Source: Entomortierella parvispora E1425 | Lineage: Eukaryota > Fungi > Mortierellomycota | Assembly (NCBI GenBank): GCA_020891255.1 | Contig: BQFW01000012.1 | Span: forward strand, 868,001 to 932,000 | Length of the DNA stretch: 64,000 bases | Direction of reading: 5' to 3' | Part shown: piece by piece, positions 57,474 to 64,000 of the stretch | How positions within the stretch are numbered: position 1 is the first letter of the stretch | Layout: each line of letters starts with the position of its first letter | Position numbers and translations under genes: made by a program | The notes under the pieces: model-generated | The model's input: only the letters and a program-made list of their open reading frames with translations | The model's database searches: none | What the model was told of the DNA's origin: nothing

Positions 57474-59932
57474 TTACACCTTCTCTCCTTCAACAACTTC
57501 GAGTTTTTTGGATTGCATGACAGCATCCTTGGACTTAGAGTAAGCTGGTGCTGACAAAGATGCCTCCATGATGGTATTCAGGCGCTTGAGCATAGAGCGA
57601 GGGTCATCCAGTACGCCGGCGGCAATGAGTGCGTTATCATAGACCTAACATGTATCGAAATCATAGAGTTGTAAATAATTCTGACCATATTATCATGGGG
57701 GGATCAAAATCAACACTAGCAAGTCCTTCTACCTGTTCAGCAACCTGCTTTGCAAAAGCAGGATCTTCGTTCTTGATGGACCACAGCTTCTTGATAATGG
57801 GGTGGTTGACGTTAATCTCCAAGTTGGTTGGAGTAGGGGGCATGCTGTCTTCTCCCATTTTGGCGGCTCCTGACATCATGGCCATCATTTTGCGCACAGC
57901 GGGAGAATCGTGTTCGGTCACAACAGCAGGGTGGCTCATATGACGCTTAGAAACCTCGACCTTGCGCACCTGCATACCAAGTGTTTGTCTGAACCAGTCG
58001 GCAATAGTATCGGCCTCAAGTTTGTCTTCCTCCTTCTTCAAAATATCACTTTCCGAGTTCTTCGAGTCATCCTTGTTCTCCTTGGAGTCCGAGGTAGAAA
58101 GGACGCGGTCCTGGATATCAGCGGAATCAATCGAAACCAACTTATGCTGTCCGACCTGTCGGAGGTTGTTGACCACAAACTCGTCAGTGGTATCGTATAA
58201 AAAGAGTACCTCAATGCCTTTCTCCTTGAATTCCTCGTAATAAGGACTCTCCTCTGCAAATTGGCGCTTGGGCACGCAGCTGTAATAGATGTTCTCCTGT
58301 CCTTCTTTCATCCGATCAACGTAGTCCTTGAAGCTGAAAACCTCGCCAGCAACACCCTTGCTGCTCTCATAGCGCAGCAATTTGGCAACATTAGGGCGCA
58401 TGTTCTCATTCTCCGTGCAGACTCCCTCCTTGATAAAGTTGCCAAACTCTTCGAAAAAATGGTTATACTTCTTGGGATCTGACTTCGCCTCGCTTTCGAG
58501 CCATTTGATGACACGGCCAGTCAAGACTTGACGGAGCTTGGAGAGTGATTGATCCTGCAATAACTCTCTGGAAACGTTCAAGGGCAAATCCTCGCAGTCG
58601 ACCACACCCTTCACAAAGCGGAGCCATTCTGGCAGCAGGGCACTAGACTTGGCCTGGATCATGACCTTGCGCGAGTACAAACTCACACCAGCCTCCAGTC
58701 TCTGCATCCCCAAGATCTCCATATGGCGCTCAGGAACGTAGAGCAAACTGCTAATGGCAAGTGGCGAATCCGTTTTGTAGACAAGCTTGAACTGGGGCTT
58801 GTCCCAGGCTCCTGCAACATAGCGATAAAACTCTGTGTGTTCATCTTCAGTGATATCCTTCTTGTCCTTGGTCCACAGTGGCTGAACAGCGTTGACCTTT
58901 TTGTTGTTGATATGAACTGGGTAGTCGACAAAGTTGGAGTATTTCTTGATGATGCCCTCAACAACCGACTCCTTGGCGTAGTCCTTGCAGTCATCTCGGA
59001 GAGTGATTACAATCTTGGTTCCGACTGCAACGTTCTCAGCCTCAGCAATCTCGTACGATCCCGAGCCGTCAGAAGTCCAGCAATATCCCTTGGATCCGGG
59101 CTGAGCTGAGCGAGTGTAAACCTTGATCTCGGATCCGACCATGAAGGCCGAGTAGAATCCAACTCCAAACTGTCCAATGATCTTGTCCTTCGTGGAGGCT
59201 GCGCCAGACTCGCCCTCCAGATTCTCCAGGAAGGCCTTGGATCCAGATCGAGCAATCGTTCCCAAGTTCGAGATGGCCTCCTCCTCTGTCATTCCGATGC
59301 CAAAGTCCTGGATTGTAAAAGTGTTTTTAGCCTCATCTACAGAGATGTGGATCTCCAATGGCTTTCCAGAGTCAAGCTTGCTGTCGGTCAATTGGCTGTG
59401 ACGGAGCTTCTCCAAGGCATCGGAAGCATTTGATACCAATTCACTGATCCAAGAGATGCAGGTATTAGTTAATGGATTTATTCGAAATGCCTTTGGAGGT
59501 TATCCATTTATATATCTTACCGGACAAAGACCTCCTTCTCAGAGTAGAGCGAGTGGGTGACAATATCAAGAAGCTTGCGGGTCTCGGCTTGGAAGGTCTT
59601 CTTCGTAGTTTCACCAATGACCTTTTCCTGGTTCTGGTCCTGATCCTGATCAGCAGAGCTAGCCTCGGTGGCAAAAGATCGGATCGAGGAATAGAGCGTA
59701 GATCCAGCGTTTTTGGTGGTGGGAATAACAGTAGAACGCATGGCAGTCGAGTAATAAGACTAAATTGTGGAGGAAAACGCAGCTCTGCGGGGTCAGTCAT
59801 GGATTCCTTGCTTTACACTTAATACAGGAAGGCTGGGACAGGACGTACCCTGGCAACAGGGCATGACGACGAGGCCGAGGCAGCAATACGTGACCTGGCA
59901 GCGAGGGCGGTGCGAGTTAGGGAGCGCAACAT
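57474..59932 (-). CDS. TRAP1: Mitochondrial HSP90-family chaperone TRAP1/Hsp75; exons 59932-59849, 59759-59521, 59443-57733, 57644-57474
   Basis: Presequence, [58 protein letters not shown] and [11 protein letters not shown]. No charged linker and no C-terminal EEVD. Confidence 0.93.
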
Positions 59933-60381
59933 GGTGGTAGCGGTGATGAGCAATGAATGTGTTAGGTGAGAACGAATGCAACAATGGAAGAAAGAAAAAA
60001 GAAGGGCGGGGCAGCTCAGGACAACTCCGGAGCTGTTTCTGCGTGGAAAGGGATCGAAAGATCTCATTCAGATTCGGTCACGTGCTTCGAAAGTGTGACG
60101 GCTATGTTTGTTTACCTGTCCTTTTCTTTTTTTTTTCTTCTCCTCGCTCCTCCTCCTTTGCACTCTCCCCATCACCACCCCGAGGTGCATTCATCCATCC
60201 TTCTTGCATCATCCATCCTCTCCTCGGTCATTCCTGCATTTCATCCATCTTATACTAGCATATTCATTTATTTTTTTTTCTTCATTTCATCTCATTTCTT
60301 TCATTCTTTCTTATTTGCTGATATCCTTTTCCATTTCGTCCTTCTACTTTACATCTACCGTTCACACGTACATACATAACA

Positions 60382-63300
60382 ATGTCGTCTTTAGCCAACC
60401 AGCTGAAGAGGATTGGAACGGCAGACGCTAACAAGGGCTCAGAGGCGGCGGCAAAGCACAGAGCCTCCTTTCTCTTTGATTCAAAGCAGGCTGCCGACTA
60501 TGATATTGACACCATTTTCTCGATCGGTGTCAATGGTGCTGCAGAGCTGCGTCTGCTTGATGATAGCTTTGCTTCCTTTGAGAAGACCCTCTTTTCTGAG
60601 TCTATGAAGAGCGTTGACAGGACTCTGCAGGTAACACTTGTGCCCCGATCGAGATATCCCGTGTTACTGTCAATTCCATCGATGTTGAAAGCTAATCCTG
60701 TTCCTGAAAAATATTAGACGAAGGAGGACAATGCCAAGTTGGATGAGAGTATCACTCAGTTCCTTCGTTTGTTATCACCATACTTTCTGTTAAAGCCCTC
60801 AGGAAAGGCATTGGAGTGGCTTATCCGTCGATTCCGTATCCACGAGTTCAATATTGATGCTATCCTTCATTGCATCCTTCCTTACCACGAGTCTTCGCTC
60901 TTTGTGACCATGGTGACAATCTTGACCATCAAGTATGCGTGTTTTTATTTTATCATTTATCTTCCTTTATGTTCCATTTTGAGGTTATCTATGCGTACTA
61001 AGACATCCTTAATTGCTCTTTAGTGAGGCAAGCCGTTGGTCTTTCCTTATCCCTATCCGCAAGTCTAAGCAGCCTTTGGACCGATCGGTCCTTATTCAAA
61101 GCATGCTCAAGGACCGATCGCTGGTCGAGTTTGTGTGCGAGACACCTCTCTGGGCCAATGGTCGCCGCGCTTTCAAGACCGCCACTTCATTCTATGCCGC
61201 TGTGATGCTCCAGTATCTCGCTACAGTTCCAGTTATTACAGATGAGGTCCTTACTGTCGTTCTTCCTTACGTTTTCGCTGGATTGAAGGCTAGACAGTCG
61301 CTAGAGCTTCAGGTATGCCGCAATCACACCCCTCCTCTACCGGCTAAGACAAGACTTCAACAAAAAAGAAGGCTAACACTCCATATCTCAATCATTCTTA
61401 GATTGCTACATATATGATCTTGGCTCAAATTTCTGAACGCGCGACATTGACCGTTGATACTCTTAACGGACTTGCTGGCGAGTTGGCGGTCTCCAGTACG
61501 AGCCCATACCAGATGCTTCTGTGCTTGGTTCACCTTTACCAAACTCAAGAGAACTACGATATTGTCGCGGACAGGACATTCCAGCATATCATCAACATTC
61601 AGAACATCGAGGTTCACATTCTTTCGATCCTGGAAAAGTATAGCGCCCAGCGGTTTATGCTCCCTTTCTTGACGACTCTTGCCAGCAGGGCTCACCTCCA
61701 CCCCAACAACTCCCGTATCCTGAACGCAGTCTTGAATGGAGCTCGCCTTCCCTCATCAATGGTCCACGCGGTTTGTGCCGCTATTCTGGATCGCTACCTT
61801 TCTGTTGTCAAAGAGAGCGGTAACACTGAAATTGACGAGCAGACCCTCTCAATATTGCATGTTCTCCATGACAAGTACTCGGCAGATCTGGACTCGGCTC
61901 TGGAGGCCAAATTGGAAAAAACGAAGGATCAGGACCAAGGAAAGATTCACGATCAGCTCTATGCCTTCATCTCCAAGGTTTTCAAGGGAACCCGCCATCA
62001 GCCTCTGAAGGAATCCAACACCACTCTTTTCCTCAGTGTCAACCATGCCGAAGCTTCCATCCGTCTCTTGGCTGTGAAGAAACTGGACACAATTTTGAAG
62101 GAGAAAAACTCTGAATTGGCCAAGGTCGATAACCCCGATACGTTTGTCAAGGATACTCTTCTTGCTCGACTTCAGGATGATGATGAGCGCGTGACGGAGC
62201 AAGTGTTGTCCATGGATGCACTGACAAAGTTTGTCCCGCCTCAGGACCTTCTCGAAGGATTGACCAGCGTTATCACCGCGCCTTCAAGCTCTCGTGGTAC
62301 CCGTCGCCAGTGCCTTATCTACTTATTGACTGTGTTCCTTAACAACAACAAGAGTCTTAAGGACCAGGTTTTGGCCGTTGTTCTCGGTCACGTTCTTTTG
62401 GTCAAGGATTATCACAAGTCCGCCATCGCCCTCCTCTCGACTATTTCCACTTCTGAGTTGAAGACCGAAAAGCTGTTGAAGAACGTTGGTGCTGTCGTGA
62501 AGAATTTGGAGAAGGATGATGCTGCCTCCAACAAGACTGAGCTCCTCGTGACCGCAGACCAGGCACTGGTCAAGACTCTAGCCGCCAACCTTGTTGCCCA
62601 CCACAACACAACTGAGGCTTTGAATGTTTACCTTCAGGGTCTTAAGTCTGGAGCGGCCTCTTTCCGTCTACTGTCCATCTTGGTTATCACGAAGGCCATT
62701 CATCAACTTGATGCCCCTCAACAAATCAAGGTTGCCAGTCTTTACCTCCCTGCTCTTCTTCAGACCCTCAAGACCTCCTCGCACAGTGTCAAAGCTATCA
62801 AGGCTGAAGCCAAGGATGGCCTGCCCAGCTCGGAGCTTTTGAACCTGATCTTGACGAAGACTTGGACCCCTTCAACTGAGGTTTCTGCGATTCACTTTTC
62901 ATTGTTGAGTCTCGCCTCTGACCTGAAGAAGCCTGCCAAGTTGACTGTCAGCTGGTTGTGCTCCGAGGAGCGCTCTGAATACGCCGATATTGTCATCTCC
63001 TTGTACAAGACCTTTGTTGGAACTGTCGACATGTCGCCCTATGAGCATATGATCGAAAAGTTGTTTGAGCTCCACTTGTTGTCTGATTCGGTCGAGTTTT
63101 TGTGCAGTCTTTGGACTGACTCCACATCCTCTACATTGGTTCAAGTCCGTTCCCTTCAGATTGCCAGTGCCAATCTCCAAGCCTTTGCATCCCAAACCAA
63201 GGCTGACGCGATTGATTTCCAAGTGGTTGTTCCTACTCTTTTGATTGCTCTTGGCAGCCCTGTCAAGGCTATGCGCGAAACCGCTGTCACATGTATCCAG

Positions 63301-64000
63301 ACCATTGCATCTATCTACCCCAGGATCAAGACCACAGGCAAGAAGGGCAAGAGTGTCGCTGCCGAAATCTTCAAGTTTGACTCGTTCTATGGCAAGACCT
63401 CAGATCAACTCGAGTTCTTGTTGCCAGACCAGTGTTCTGGCTTCTTGAACGATTTGGTCAAGTCTCGCGAGGAGTTCATTACTGATTCGAGCTACCTTGC
63501 AAAGCATCTTGCGGAGACTCTCAGCCGAGGTGCAACCGATTCCAAGACCGTTACCTCGACCAAGGATGCCATCGTCTCCTTCCTTCTCTCACATGTCTTG
63601 GGACTTCAGCGCACAAGCAGTCGTGTCGCACTTTTGCAACTTTTGGACGGCGTCACCACTCCCACCAAGCTCAAGATGTTGCTGCCATTGATTGACGACT
63701 TGGTCCAAACTTCGTTTGTTGGACAGAGCTCGGAAGAGAACACGGAGTTGGCACGCAGCCTCGTTCGTTGTTTCTCTCCCGAGACCACCTCCCTCTTGGA
63801 GGGTAAATCTGGCAAGTACAAGAATGCATTCCTGCAGCTTCTCAAACTCGACAGTAGCGCCGCTACCAACACTGACAAGGAAGAGTCTAGCTCCTCTTTC
63901 CGTCGTCTGGCTCTTTCTCAGCTTAACGCCGACTTCTTTGGTGGACTTAGCGTTGGACTTCAGCGTGAGATTTTTGTGGTGTTGATTGACTTGGCTACAA
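60382..64000 (+). CDS. UTP10: U3 snoRNA-associated protein 10 (HEATR1/BAP28), 3' truncated; exons 60382-60630, 60718-60932, 61024-61312, 61402->64000
   Basis: MSSLANQL, ASFLFDSKQAADYD, LLSPYFLLKPSGKALEWLIRRFRIHEFN and ILPYHES, followed by HEAT-like helical repeats. Last exon is open to the window end. Confidence 0.94.

Overview
Gene-dense, intron-containing eukaryotic DNA of about 50% GC from an early-diverging fungus, most likely Mortierellaceae. The taxon is an inference from intron style, a FAS with fused MPT-ACP-ACP, a TRAP1 gene, a pterin carbinolamine dehydratase and a Mortierella-style F-box gene. About 24 protein-coding loci were resolved by reading splice sites manually. In order: 3' part of fatty acid synthase (two tandem ACPs), FANCM/Mph1 helicase, NEPRO/Rmp1-like protein, HbrB/Bit61-like protein, a 58-aa SPT small subunit missed by the ORF track, QNS1, a mitochondrial-type SAP/coiled-coil/TM protein, OPT/YSL transporter, MFS transporter, PCD, two ZIP zinc transporters flanking a Q-rich orphan, a 47-aa secreted Cys peptide, uricase, Pga1-like protein, F-box protein, Clg1/PCL cyclin, a GT17 pseudogene, a serine-less ACP-like protein, aspartic protease, MsrA, TRAP1 and the 5' part of UTP10. 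No rRNA, tRNA, CRISPR or intact transposon was seen. The most notable candidate system is a zinc-acquisition locus at about 30-36.3 kb. There one ZIP carries a signal peptide, a KR site and a repeat ectodomain with about 30 His, and both ZIP promoters share two uncharacterised DNA motifs, one matching the ARGGT core of known fungal zinc-response elements. Other highlights are the small secreted CXXXC...CXC peptide with a degenerate second module behind its stop codon, the pseudo-ACP lacking the phosphopantetheine serine, and a triple-lesion GT17 pseudogene. All family calls come from motif recognition, not database searches.
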